64,000 nucleotides of DNA from Psilocybe cubensis (Eukaryota): contig CM039003.1 of the NCBI GenBank assembly GCA_017499595.2, forward strand, positions 310,001 to 374,000. Direction: 5' to 3'. Position 1 is the first letter of the stretch. Each line of letters begins with the position of its first letter. Shown piece after piece: positions 1 through 11,435 of the stretch. The notes under the pieces are model-generated. The model worked only from the letters and a program-made list of their open reading frames with translations, was not told where the DNA came from and ran no database searches. A program made the translations under genes and the position numbers.

Positions 1-2342
1 GACAGAGGCGGCGGCGGCGGCGGCGGCGGTATGGATCTGGGAAGGACGTGTGGAATGAGGTGAAGAACGCGGCTCTGAACTGTCGACGGTGTGGATGCGT
101 CCCGCCGGCGGTGGTGAAAGATGTTGGAGGGACGCGTCAGGCCAACTGCTTGCTGTCGCGGAAAGGCATGGCTGGCGTGATGGACATTGCTGCACCAGTC
201 GGGATGGTTGTAAAAGTCGGGCATGATTGTGGAGCAGACCGGCGCGGGCAGCCGCGCTGGGGTTCATGTCTCTCCAATCGAGGTATTTACGCGGAGAGGC
301 GGTGTGATGCGCCAAGGCGGTGCGCCTGTTTACACGCACAGCGCAGAGGCCGTTCGTAATCCCTGGCATTCAAGTTCCGCTTTAAAACGGTGGTATCATA
401 CATTCGTTGACGGGGCCGCTTTGCTCACAACCATCCCCCCTGCTCGTCGCCAGCCCCGCTCCCCAGCATCTAATACATCTATTCACGCACGTCGCCGCAC
501 AACCGCCCCCGAGAACCATGTCGGAAATCAAAGGAACCTTGTCATCGTTGGTGATGGTGCTTGCGGAAAGGTATGATCGGCTTTTGACCAGCTCAGAGAA
601 CGTCAGCTTGCATGCTGATCATCGTCACCCGTCTAGACTTGCCTTTTGATTGTGTTATCCAAAGTCATATTCCCAGAGGTACGTGCATCGTTAGCCGCCG
701 TTCAGCCAGCCGAGGTGTGCGGCTTGCTGCTCCTCATTGCACCGTTATGGCGGTGTTTAGACAGCTCCAGCAAATACCTGGCGGCTTCGTTCGAGGTGTA
801 GAAGGCTGATATTAGTGTTAAAGTGTAGGTCCATGTACCCATCGTGTTCCGGAACTACGTTGCCAATGTCGAGGTCAATGGTAAGCACGTTGAGCTTCAA
901 TTGTAAGCACGTCGAGCTTCGATGGTAAGCATGTCGAGCTTCGTCTCCACCCTCTTAGTTATTATAATTCGCATGTCATCCTCATCTGCTTTGCCGTCTA
1001 CCCCTCTTAGTTATTATGATTCGCATGTCGTCCCCACCTGCTTCGCCGTCGACTCCCCGATTCCCTTTATAACATCCAATAAAAGGTTTGTCTTGTCTTT
1101 TCTTCATTCCCTCTGCCTGTATAATATCAGACACCGCAATTTACTAACATTGTTGTTGTGTGGTTCCTCTCTTTTTAGTGCCATACCTATGCCTGCCTGC
1201 CTCTCATTCTCGTCGTCTGCAAAACAGATCTCAGACCTGACTCCCGTGTGATTGAGGTTCTTAGATAGACGAGCCGTAACCCCCGAAGAGGTGCGTTTCT
1301 TTTTTCTACGTCACCTTTATTGTTTTTCGTACAACTTTGGTGTGTATGACACGCCCTGGGGCCTGGCCCCTTATCTGAGTGCCATTTTTGTGCTTCGTTC
1401 GAATCACCCACGCATTCTTTTTGATATCCTGTTTATTACCCTTGCCTCATTCCCGCTTCTCTTATCCACATCGTGATCCCCGTCGCCACCAACATTGACG
1501 CCGTATTTCAATCCAATTTTATTTTATTTTTTTTTTCATGCATCATGTTTTATTTATTCCAACTTGGTACTCGCCACCAACATTGACGCCGTTTTTCAAT
1601 ACAAATTTCATTATTTTTTCCATGCATCATTCTTTTACACTCTTCCTCTTTTGTTGATTCCAACTTGTCACTAACCGTCATGTTTCTAGGGTATGGCAGT
1701 CGCCCAGAAGATCGGGGCAAAGCACTACCTCGAGTGCTCCGCCAAGTCGGGTGAGGGCGTCCGCGAAGTCTTCCAGTACGCCACCCGCGCCGCACTGCTC
1801 AGCAGAGGAAAGGGCAAGAAGAGCCACCATTGCATCGTGTTGTAGATGGCGTAGCTTATCCCTTTTACCATTTTTTTTTCTTTCCATCTTCATTCTTCCT
1901 TCCTTTCTTCCTTTTTTTGCTTTTTTCTTCCTTGACGACTCTCTTTCACTCTTCTTTCCGAGTTCCTTGCTGGATGGTTGAATTGAGGGTGGGTGAAGGT
2001 GCAGGGAGGAAAATGGGAGGTGGAGCGAGGGAGGGGTGGGGTGAGGTCAGGTAGGGAGGAACTTCAACAAGGATAGGGAGGGGCTTGAATATCATTTATA
2101 CTCGCACCTCGCCACCTTCTCTTTCACCTTGTTCCGGTTGGTTGTGGATAATGAACATGTGTTAATGCCGGTGGAATGCTCTTCGGTTTCTTTTTTTTTT
2201 CTCTTACCTAGTCTTTTTCACTTGATACCGCTTCTTTCTTGATTTTGATTGATGATCCACTTTTGACTCTTCTTCTCAAATATACTGCTGCTGCTGCACC
2301 TCCTGACTGCGACGAGTTGGCTATCTGTTTGTCTCTCCTTGA
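1..2342 (+). repeat. Segmental duplication copy A (RHO1-pseudogene-bearing block; continues off the left edge)
   Basis: Aligns base by base with 12920-15204. Both begin gacagag(gcg)7gtatggatctggg; the offset is 12919, then 12879 after an indel near 230-290. Clear homology ends at tgtttgtctctccttga. Confidence 0.95.
518..1845 (+). pseudogene. RHO1: RHO1-like small GTPase pseudogene, copy A (introns retained)
   Basis: Exon 518-570 reads MSEI..LVIVGDGACGK with a 1-nt frameshift. Exon 637-678 reads TCLLIVLSKVIFPE. Exon from ~829 reads VHVPIVFRNYVANVEVNGKHVEL, but the ALWDTAGQEDYD segment is missing. Last exon 1690-1845 reads [51 protein letters not shown] with a CAAX box. Confidence 0.93.
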
Positions 2343-2445
2343 GCTTCTGTTGCTTTGGCTAAGCCCCTATGGATTCCGAGCGTGTATTGCAATTTGAACA
2401 AAGTTGAAGTCTAATTGTTTTATATACGTTGTGCTGCCAGATATA

Positions 2446-5400
2446 AGATTGGGCTCATCAGGAACCAGCACGTTTACGTAATCAAAAGGCTTGGCGCCAA
2501 GAGCGGCCAAAATCGACTTCAGAAAAAATCAAAAGTTATGTCGACGGAAATTTAGTACAAACACAAGAATAAATGGTAGAAAGTATCATGTAGAATAACA
2601 TTTGTGCACTAGATAAGTGTATCTATGGTTTTCAAATGATAGAAACAGACTCTTATGCAGACATATACTCTGCACGTACTTTGGCAATCATATCTGGAGG
2701 AAGTGTACGGTGACTATGATATCTCTTGTTTATCCAGTGAACTTGTGGACCAGTTAGACCATGCTCATAGCCTGAAATAAACCTTGCTGATCGGTTTGCA
2801 TATCTATTGAACATAATTAGTGAAAAGTTAAACTTTTATTTGTGAAAAGTATAAAAGAATACCTTCTAATCTGAAGTAAAGGAATATCATCAAGGCATTG
2901 AATTACATTGGCTTCCATTTCATCAATGTTGCTTGTTTTGGGTGTATTACGATAGCGAAGCTTTGCTGCTCCCCAGTATTGTTCAATGAAATTGAGTTCA
3001 CAATGATATTTCGGATAAAAATCACAGATGTGACCGCGGGAAGTGATCAATTCCTCAAGGCGTGATTTTTGAGCCACAAAGTCAGGTTGCATGAATAGAA
3101 TACGTCGACAGCAGCAATCAGTCTTGCCTGGTTCGCATTTAAATCCTTCACATTGGGCAAGAAGTCCAGATTCTTTCCAAAGACCTCTTTCCCGGATAAT
3201 TAATTCCATTCCTTTAAACCATCCGGGCATGGTGGGATGGTTATCATCAAAATAGAAGGACTGTATTTGGCCATTTGGAAGGGTAGTAGTTCGCATTTTG
3301 GCACCTCCTTTACGATGAGTCCAATATTGTGATGGATTTTTAGGCATTCTTCTTGCAGATAATGCATCATCAGCACGTTTTTGATGACTTGGGGCATTGT
3401 CAAACAAAAAAAGGCCAGTAGCAAATCCATTGGTCCGTCCTTCAAAAATGTCAATTGCATGATCCACCTGATTAATCAAATCATCCGAGGTGAAATATCC
3501 ATCACGATTTTTTCCTGCTTTGAATAAAATTCGTGCTGATCTAAAATTGATATTTATTAATTCAAACACATATGGATAAAATTTAAATAACATACTCTGA
3601 ACCATCTTGACTTTGCAATCGGCCCCATTCCACAGTAAGAAATTCTGATGGCATGATTGATGTACCTTCTCCTTTTTTTATTGGAACCGGGTTGGTAGAT
3701 TTGTGTGACCATACATTTTTACGGCGATCTGTTTCATAGAATGTTGATTCATCATGGGTAATAAGGATAAGGCGAAAGCGCTGGCCAGCAGGAACAGAAA
3801 AGCCTGAAAGCTGAGAGTTACAATTTCCATCATTATCATAGGAATACATCCGTTTTTCATAGTCCTTCCAGCGCTTGATAAATTCAATCCGGTACTGCAC
3901 AACATCTTCCCGCTCATGACCATCTATATACATACCATTTCGTATTTTTCCATATCGCCAACCCATTTTGTGTAGCCATCGTTTGGCAGTAGAAAGATGA
4001 ATTGATTTTTTTTCAACTCCAAGTTCCTCTAGTTTTTCTTGCATTTCAGGTGTTTGGATAAAGTCCACGATATCTTGAGCACAAATATAGCCAGTTTTTG
4101 CAATGCTAGAAAGATGGAGCTGTATTGCCTCTGAAAAATCTTCATCATCAAGAAGAGAAGGCTGAATACGTGTAACACGGCGGAGTGGAAGCTTTCCAGA
4201 TTTCAAAAACGTGTGGATCCAGCTGCGTATATTCCGAGCATGATTAACCCCACAGCCTTGGGATTTAGCAACTATCAAAGAAGATTCACGCCAACCATAG
4301 GAAAGTTGTGGATCAAGATATAAGTTCAACACGCCAACCATTGCAGTAAGTCTTGCTCGAAGAATAATGTCAAGTGTCTTTTCCTTGCTTCGTACAGTCA
4401 AGGCTGCACAGACCCGACGAAGTTTTGGAAAGTCTTTGTAGCTGAGTTGATCAAGTATGGCATCAGATTCCGTAGGCAAGCTAAAATCCTCAACCTTTCC
4501 ACCTGCTTGTAAATGTTGCAAGAAATTATTGACAGTTTCTTGTGCATCCGAAATTGTAGAGTTGGCAGGCAAGTTAGATTGGGGTGGGTCATTATTTGCA
4601 ATAGGTTGTGCATGATCCAGCTGGGAATTAATATCTCCATCACTTTGTGTATCAGAAGAGCTGTCGGAATCAGATATGGTAATAATATCCACGTTATTTG
4701 TATTGACAGTAGTGGCTGAAGAGGTTGCTGTGGAAGGATTTTTTGGTGTCTTTGAAAACCACTCGGAAATGGGGTGTATTCCTTTATCCCTAAGATCCTT
4801 TCTTGCTCTCTTCTGTCGACGCTTGGTCCTAGCAGAGTTTTTAAGGTACATTTTTGGCCTATTAGTCCTTTCATTCTCAAGCTCCACTGCAATCCGTTGG
4901 GCCTCCAGTAAAATGTTTGAGAATGTTTGTAAATCTGAAGGAGTATTGATCTCTGAGTTCTCTGGCTGCTGTTCCATTTCGCCATCTGATTCAGAATCAG
5001 AATCTTCATCTGAAAGAGTAGAAGAAGATGGTTCTTCAAAGTAATCAAGAAATCCTTGCAAGGTGAAGGAGCCATCTTCATTATATGTTATAATCCCTTC
5101 ATCACTGATATACTCTGCAAGGCTCTTCACATTTGGGCCAGATTGGGGACTAGGGGTTGAGGATTGGATGTCCTCCTCCGGAATATCTTCAATAGAAACT
5201 GAATGATGTTTCTTTTGTGCATATTTGCCCAGGTTTTTGGCTCTAGAAAGTGAGGCTTTGGATTTTCGGGCCATAGATATGATGTATGATGATAGTCGAG
5301 TGGTTCCAAGTGGTCTACTTTATTTTATATCGCTCAAATCACTGCCAACGAGGCTGAGAAACATGCATCGAGGCGTTATCATGATCTTCCGGGAGGTCAC

Positions 5401-5705
5401 GTGATCTATTATATAAGCGGCCAAAAGTGACTTCGTCGAATTTTCAGAAATTGCCCAAACTCGTTAAAACATCATTTCCAATGCTTTACAATAAAAAAGG
5501 GGGGGAAAATTTTGTAAGCCTTATATCTTTCTCAAAAAAAATTTTTTTTTCAAAAAAAAACCGCAGATCTATTCAGAAATACACCTTCTACATATCTGTG
5601 GTTTAAAAATGCAGGATAATGTGGTTGTGCGAGTGGTGAAAACGTTCGGAGGTAAGCCAACTTTTGCTTACCTAAGGGGGTGCTGGTTCCTGATGAGCCC
5701 AATCT
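2446..5705 (-). mobile_element. Tc1/mariner-IS630 superfamily DNA transposon, apparently full length
   Basis: Perfect 26-bp terminal inverted repeats agattgggctcatcaggaaccagcac at 2446-2471 and 5680-5705, flanked by TA (2444-2445, 5706-5707), enclose one DDE transposase gene. Confidence 0.93.
2653..5274 (-). CDS. DDE transposase (DDE_3-like), 3 exons, ~835 aa
   Basis: Exons 5274-3596, 3540-2863 and 2803-2653 join in frame (2508 nt) through GT-AG introns. Motifs: ITHDEST, FLFDNAPSH, YPKYHCELNFIEQYWG and a C-terminal KRYHSHR. Confidence 0.9.
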
Positions 5706-6140
5706 TACATCGCTCGCTGTTGTGATGTATTTTACGAGAAGATACTAGCTTTATATGGCATTAGATACCTTATTGAGACAACCCTGAGCAAATGAGATAG
5801 AAGTTTTTTGAATTTTCGAGTCGTGTTCTGGTATCGTACAAGCAGAGGTTAGCCCCGCCCGAAGGCCAGCAGGGTCCGCCTCTGCTCTATCTACCTATCT
5901 AGTACGTACCTGGTCCGAATAAAGTCGGATAGAACCGCTCGAGGTGCATCCAGAGTTTTCACAAGTCCGAAAATCGAACAATCGGTTGCGTGAAGTCTAC
6001 CGAGTAAGTACATACCCGCTCTTGACACCGCCTCAGAACTCATTCGGCGTCGCCTACAAGCTGTCACACGACCCTTGAGCAGGTGAGTACTATATAAATG
6101 TTAAGTGCCAGTTCATAAAGTCTACCAATCAAAGTACACA

Positions 6141-7037
6141 CCTTGTTTGCCGGACGTCCAGAAATCGAAAAAAAGTCCGGGAAAGTCCAGATACATGCTC
6201 GACGTCATCTACTAGATGCAGATGGTGAGTACTATATAGATATTAAGTGCGGGTACATACCTTGTTCGCCGGACATCCAGAAATCAAATAAAAACTGTGC
6301 AGAAGTCAAATACATGCCCGACGATGTAACCACCTCAACACCGCTCGCCGGATGCAATAACAACTGCAAGAGGGTTATGTGAACTTCAACAATCAAAGTG
6401 AAAAACTCAGTCAACACACCAGGCAGCCAACCCTCGCTCGCCGGAACTCCAAAAATCGAAAAAAATGTGCAACGACATTCCACGGCACTGGTAAGCTGTT
6501 GTTCATTAATTTGACGCCGCTCGCCGGATGTCCAAAAATCGAAAATAGTGCGAGGCGTTAACGGGACTTCAAACGTCTGTTGAGAAAAGCTCAGTCAGTA
6601 CTCGGGTCTGCAAACTATGTAACACACCTTGTTGTGCAACAACCCTCGCTCGCCGGAACTCCAAAAAACGAATAAAAAGTGCAAAGGCGGGTACTGTGTA
6701 GATGGTAAGCTGTGGCTCAACAAACTCTAGCAAATAAAGCACGTACCTCACTCGCCGGACATCCAAAAATCAAAAAATAACTCCGTGGCATGTCCAAACG
6801 TCGACTCCGTCTATGGAAGACAACTCAAGCCAACGACTAGATGTGACACGTACTGGTTTCATGGCACGGCGGCAGATGAGAGCTGTGTAAAGAGATCAGT
6901 GATGGCCCATTAAGTGTACTAGGTAACATACCTTGCTCGCCGGACGTCGAAAAATCGAATAAAACTTGCGGCTCCATAGGTAGACACTGTCGATAGAATA
7001 CAGGTTCGCGGGAACTCCAAAAATCGAATAAAAAATG
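6141..7037 (+). repeat. Array of nine interspersed ~30-bp motifs (consensus YTCGCCGGAnnTCCAAAAATCGAAWAAAA)
   Basis: GCCGGA cores at 6149, 6268, 6347 (degenerate), 6440, 6523, 6652, 6754, 6939 and 7008 (GCGGGA variant), all in the same orientation with irregular spacing. Confidence 0.85.
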
Positions 7038-9700
7038 CAGGAGCATAAGGACGGGATACGTGTTGGGGGTTCCCCAAAACCCACTTCACTTTATATCCTT
7101 TTCCCTAATGCTTCTAGTTTATTCAACGTCACGCAATATTTGCCCGTTGCCCCCGTTTCCAAACTAGAATGTGATGTCCAATATACCTGCAAGCTAAAAT
7201 TGGCTCATGTAAATTTTCAGTTGCGGTCTCCTATCCCGGTCTTTTGATTCAACTCCGCTGCTTGTTTTCCCCAATCGCCTGTTCTTTCTCATTATCATAA
7301 ATCATGCTCTCCCCGTCCTTTGTACATCAAATGCGAAATTTCAGTCTCGGTCTCCTGTTCCGGCCTTTTCAATCAAGTCCACTGCGTTCTTATTGTCATG
7401 AAGCTATGCTTCCCGTCCTTGGTGCATCAAACTCAGGTATGTATCATTTCCTATGCTTTACAATTCTTGTACCCACCACAATCCAAAAATTTTGACCCCT
7501 AGACTCAGTAGCTCGTCACTGCGCAGACTCGCGCATCGCGACCCAAGCAGCTAGTGCAAGGCAATCACCATTTAGCTGACGCGATGACCTCATGTCGTTC
7601 CAAACTACTGGACCTCAGTCAGATCGGGTATCCGACTCGCAAAATCTCTCCAGATCGTTGGTTTTCGAAGCTCAAATATTCGATTTTTAGGCTGCATTAA
7701 CGTATTCAGGGTCGCATTCAGGAACACCTGAGCTGAGTAATGAGATTTCAGTAACCGACGACTCACTCAACGCCCACGAAATCCCAAGACAGCAATACGC
7801 TTCACATTCGCTTCCACGGGGTAGATTTTGTCACAGTCCCCTATTTTCTTTGACGACCTATTAATTAATACATTAAATATGTTCACAAAACGCAGACAAG
7901 GTTCACACGTAGAGTCAAAGGGTGACAGAACCAACAGGCGGAGCTCAAATTAGGCGCCCGTGAGTCCGCACTTGCTTCTACCACGACGTCACCTATCCAT
8001 ATCACTCCCACATCCAGTCTGACGTACCGATAACCCCACACAATACCCCCAAAAACGTCGTTCTCGCCCTCTGACTCTCAGGACAACGTTGCCACGTGGC
8101 GACTTGAACCAACATTCCCGTCTTCCGATTCATCGACGCAGGCCAGATTCGCGTACAAGGCACTCGGAAATATCATTCGAATAGGCTGTAAGCTCGAGTT
8201 AGGCATGTTTGAAATGAGGTAATGAGAAATTCGACTCACCCCTCGAGCTAAAAATCGAGATTTACTCGCACCGATCTCTAGATACTTCTACGCAATGTAA
8301 TTACTCCAACACAGTACAACACCCCAAAACAAACTAGCATATCTTTCCAACGTACGCGCAAGAGATAGGTGTGACGAGTCTGCGATTGAATTTTTGTATC
8401 TGCGCTGTGTCGGTGAGTTCTCCACAAAGAGCTGTTTTGTACACCCAAATGCGCCGCTGAATGAGGTCAAGATGTCAATCCTAGACCTCTGAATCATCCT
8501 CAGTCGACTATTAGAAGCTCCCGAAACATGGCTATGAGCGACATTGAAATCATTCGGGCACATACGGCACCTCCTTCTCCTCGCACCCCGATACGCCATC
8601 CACCTTCCACAATAACGCTGTTTCCAGCCCAACCTTGTTAATTAACCGTTCACGTAAGCTTCTAGTACCTTTCGTAACGATATTCAGCGGCGAACTGACC
8701 TTTGAATTGCGTTTGCAGCGGCCACGTAGACGTTGTCCCCGGGAAGCGCCTGGTAAGATCTTGCAATTCTACGCGTTTTCGAGAGGTTTTTGAGGCTAAT
8801 ACTGACTGGAACTGTGTTCTGAATAGGGGTTGGACGGTTTGCGATGCGAAGAGCAACACAAAACGTTGGGAATGAACAAATACATCACGTTTGCTTCAAT
8901 GTACACCAAACAGCGAATTTCGTTGTTTTCTTTGAACTACACATTTCAAACTGCTCACAGATAGACATCCCAGCACTGCATAGCATCTCTCAATGTCCCT
9001 GAAAGCTCCCGCAATCACAGAGTAAGCAATCCAATTCAACGGAGAATATTCTCCTCGCACCTTCCCTCGACGCGAAATTGCATGTACGTCGTTTTTCCGG
9101 CTTCCATTGGTCTCCTGTGAGTCATGTCGTAACGGTTATGTACGTGAATATTAGGCTGAAACGGTTGGAATTTTTGTGGAAGACGGAAATGCGGAGTGAA
9201 TGCAAATATTGCGAATACGAGTGTTAGCGCATCCGGACCATGTCTGCGATGCGCGGTAGTTGTATAGCTACCTAGAGTGATATATCTATCTTATCTATCG
9301 TGTCTTATTCTGTTTTCATAATGTCTGGCTCGTCGAGTGTAATAAAATGAATACCTACAAACACATCACGTCAAATCTAACAAACACAGCAATTCGCACC
9401 TCTCTCCAAATTCCCGTCGATTTAAAGTGATGTACACACCTGAATATACAGTATACCCTGATCCTGCACCGCAGAAATCCGTCAACAAAAGTGCAAATCA
9501 TTGAATACCAATCGGATAACCAAATCCACGACATGACACACCCTCGCCTCCCGCCCAAATTCGCAATTACACACCCATTCGAAACGCTAGAATAAACTGA
9601 CTGGTCTATTCGGTTCTCGGCTCGGGTCTGGTCCGATCAAGGGTCCTGTCAGGTATATTGAGAAGGCCTTCGTAGTTTACTGTACGTTGGTATGTGTGCT

Positions 9701-10632
9701 CCTTCAGTAGATATTGCGAATGGCGTTGTAATTGATGTACGTACGTTTAATTGAGAGTAGGTGGAGATATTGGTATACCATTACATGCCTGCTTGACTTT
9801 GGAAAAGTGTGAGTTGAGACGGGGATGGTTGAAAAAGAAAATGTGAACACTCGAGGACTCCTGCAGAACGCGAATGCGTGAAAACAAGCAAAAAACACAT
9901 TTCATTCACCATAACCATGTTACTACAAACATTAGAATAGTAAGTACCCCTAAGAATACACTACACCCAACTGTCCAAAGACCCTCGAACTCGATTTTCA
10001 AAAATGTATCACTCACCTCACCCGACCTTCCTCTCCTCCCGATCTTCCGCACTAACGGGCTGAAAAACACCTCTGGATTGTTACCACTCGCCCCTGAAGC
10101 ATCCGAAGTCGCCGAAGCCGTAATAATAATACCAAATTTCACAGAAAAAATTGGCAACTTACGTTTTGTAATTTTGTTGAACGTTGCATGTGGACGTAGT
10201 TCTCCTTCAGTAGATATTGCGAATGCCGTTGTAGTTGTTGTACGTACGTTGAAATGAGAGAGAGTGGAGATATTGGCATACTGGTACATCCAGTGGTTGA
10301 CTTTTGAGAGATGTGAGTTGAGATGATGGGTATTTGGAAATGTTACAGAGAGATATCTTCACCCGAACGTGAATGCTTGAAAAACACATAAAACACATTT
10401 CATTGGCAATCCTACTACTCACATTGTGCAGATGGTACATCTATAGGTATCCTACGACCCACCCAGCAATACTCGAACTCGATTTTCGAAATGTATGGCT
10501 CACCTCACATCACCCTCTCCCAACCTCCTTCTCCTCCCGATCTTCCGCACTAACGGGCTGAAAAAAACGTCTGGATTCCTACCACTCGTCCCTGAAGCTC
10601 CGAGGTCACCGCAGCCGTAATCCCAATACCAA
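9701..10632. repeat. Diverged ~500-bp tandem duplication
   Basis: ccttcagtagatattgcgaatg at 9701 and 10204. ctcccgatcttccgcactaacgggctgaaaaa and cctgaagc..ccga also recur ~498 bp apart. Confidence 0.88.
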
Positions 10633-11377
10633 AATATATCGCCAACTTACGTTCATTCCTTTCGTTTTGCTCGTTCGCCGGGCTTGATCCTCGTCGATTC
10701 ACGCACAATTGTGCAATTGTACAACCCTAGAAGGATTGCGTGCGTTATCTGCTATGCATATGGAGCGACTCCTGAGCTTACCTGGCTGGTTACAGACTTT
10801 CAGACACCCAGACAACTCGTCGAAGACCCAATGATCCTCTTGACCCCGATACGACCCTCCGCTTCCATTTCAAAAACAACGCAATTTCCGCTGCATTCGA
10901 CGTATCCAGGGTGTTGTAAGCTAGTGTATATTGCCAACGTAATGCACTAGAGAGGTTCCGAAATTTTGTTTTCGAGGTTAGTTGCATTCGGAATTGAGAG
11001 ATTGGAGATGGGTACGTACGCATTGTGCAGCAAAGAATGCGATCCGGAGCTTTCTACGTGTGTTCCAGTGTTGTTTTGGGAGACTCCTATTCACATTGAG
11101 GTGTGCTTCGATCGAAGGTCGAATGCTCGATAACTGAAAACACGATGAAAAGAGAGGGCGAATGCAAACATCTTGTGCACATTCAAGCCCGATTCGTGTC
11201 TCGCCGATTAGACCCAATAGCGGAGATCCCGACGCCTAGAACAAACGACAGCCTCGAAAGAATATATTGAACGAATCACGTACCCAGATTCAAAAGTAAA
11301 AAGTGAGATTTGAAGGGAATCGCAACCTATTCCGGATGTCGTCACAGGGAGGAAAACACGAAAATAACACACCCGGG

Positions 11378-11435
11378 CTAGCGCGACGGGTTCCGTGTGG
11401 ATGTACGTACACGGGCGTGTCGCGCTAGTATAAAG
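11378..11435 (+). promoter_or_regulatory. Palindrome abutting a TATA box (candidate promoter)
   Basis: CTAGCGCGAC (11378-11387) and GTCGCGCTAG (11419-11428) form outer arms, with inner CCGTGT/ACACGG arms. TATAAAG follows at 11429-11435, then a pyrimidine-rich tract and the first splice donor at 11511. Confidence 0.55.

Noticed and set aside
6004-6710. Second intron-packed unit within the motif array (donor-like GTAAGT, GTGAGT, GTAAGC)
   Set aside because: The donors are not consistently paired with branch sites and acceptors at normal distances, and local duplication explains their recurrence.
6141-7037. CRISPR array
   Set aside because: The context is eukaryotic, the repeats are degenerate, spacing varies from 69 to 185 bp, spacers are partly related to each other, and there are no cas genes.
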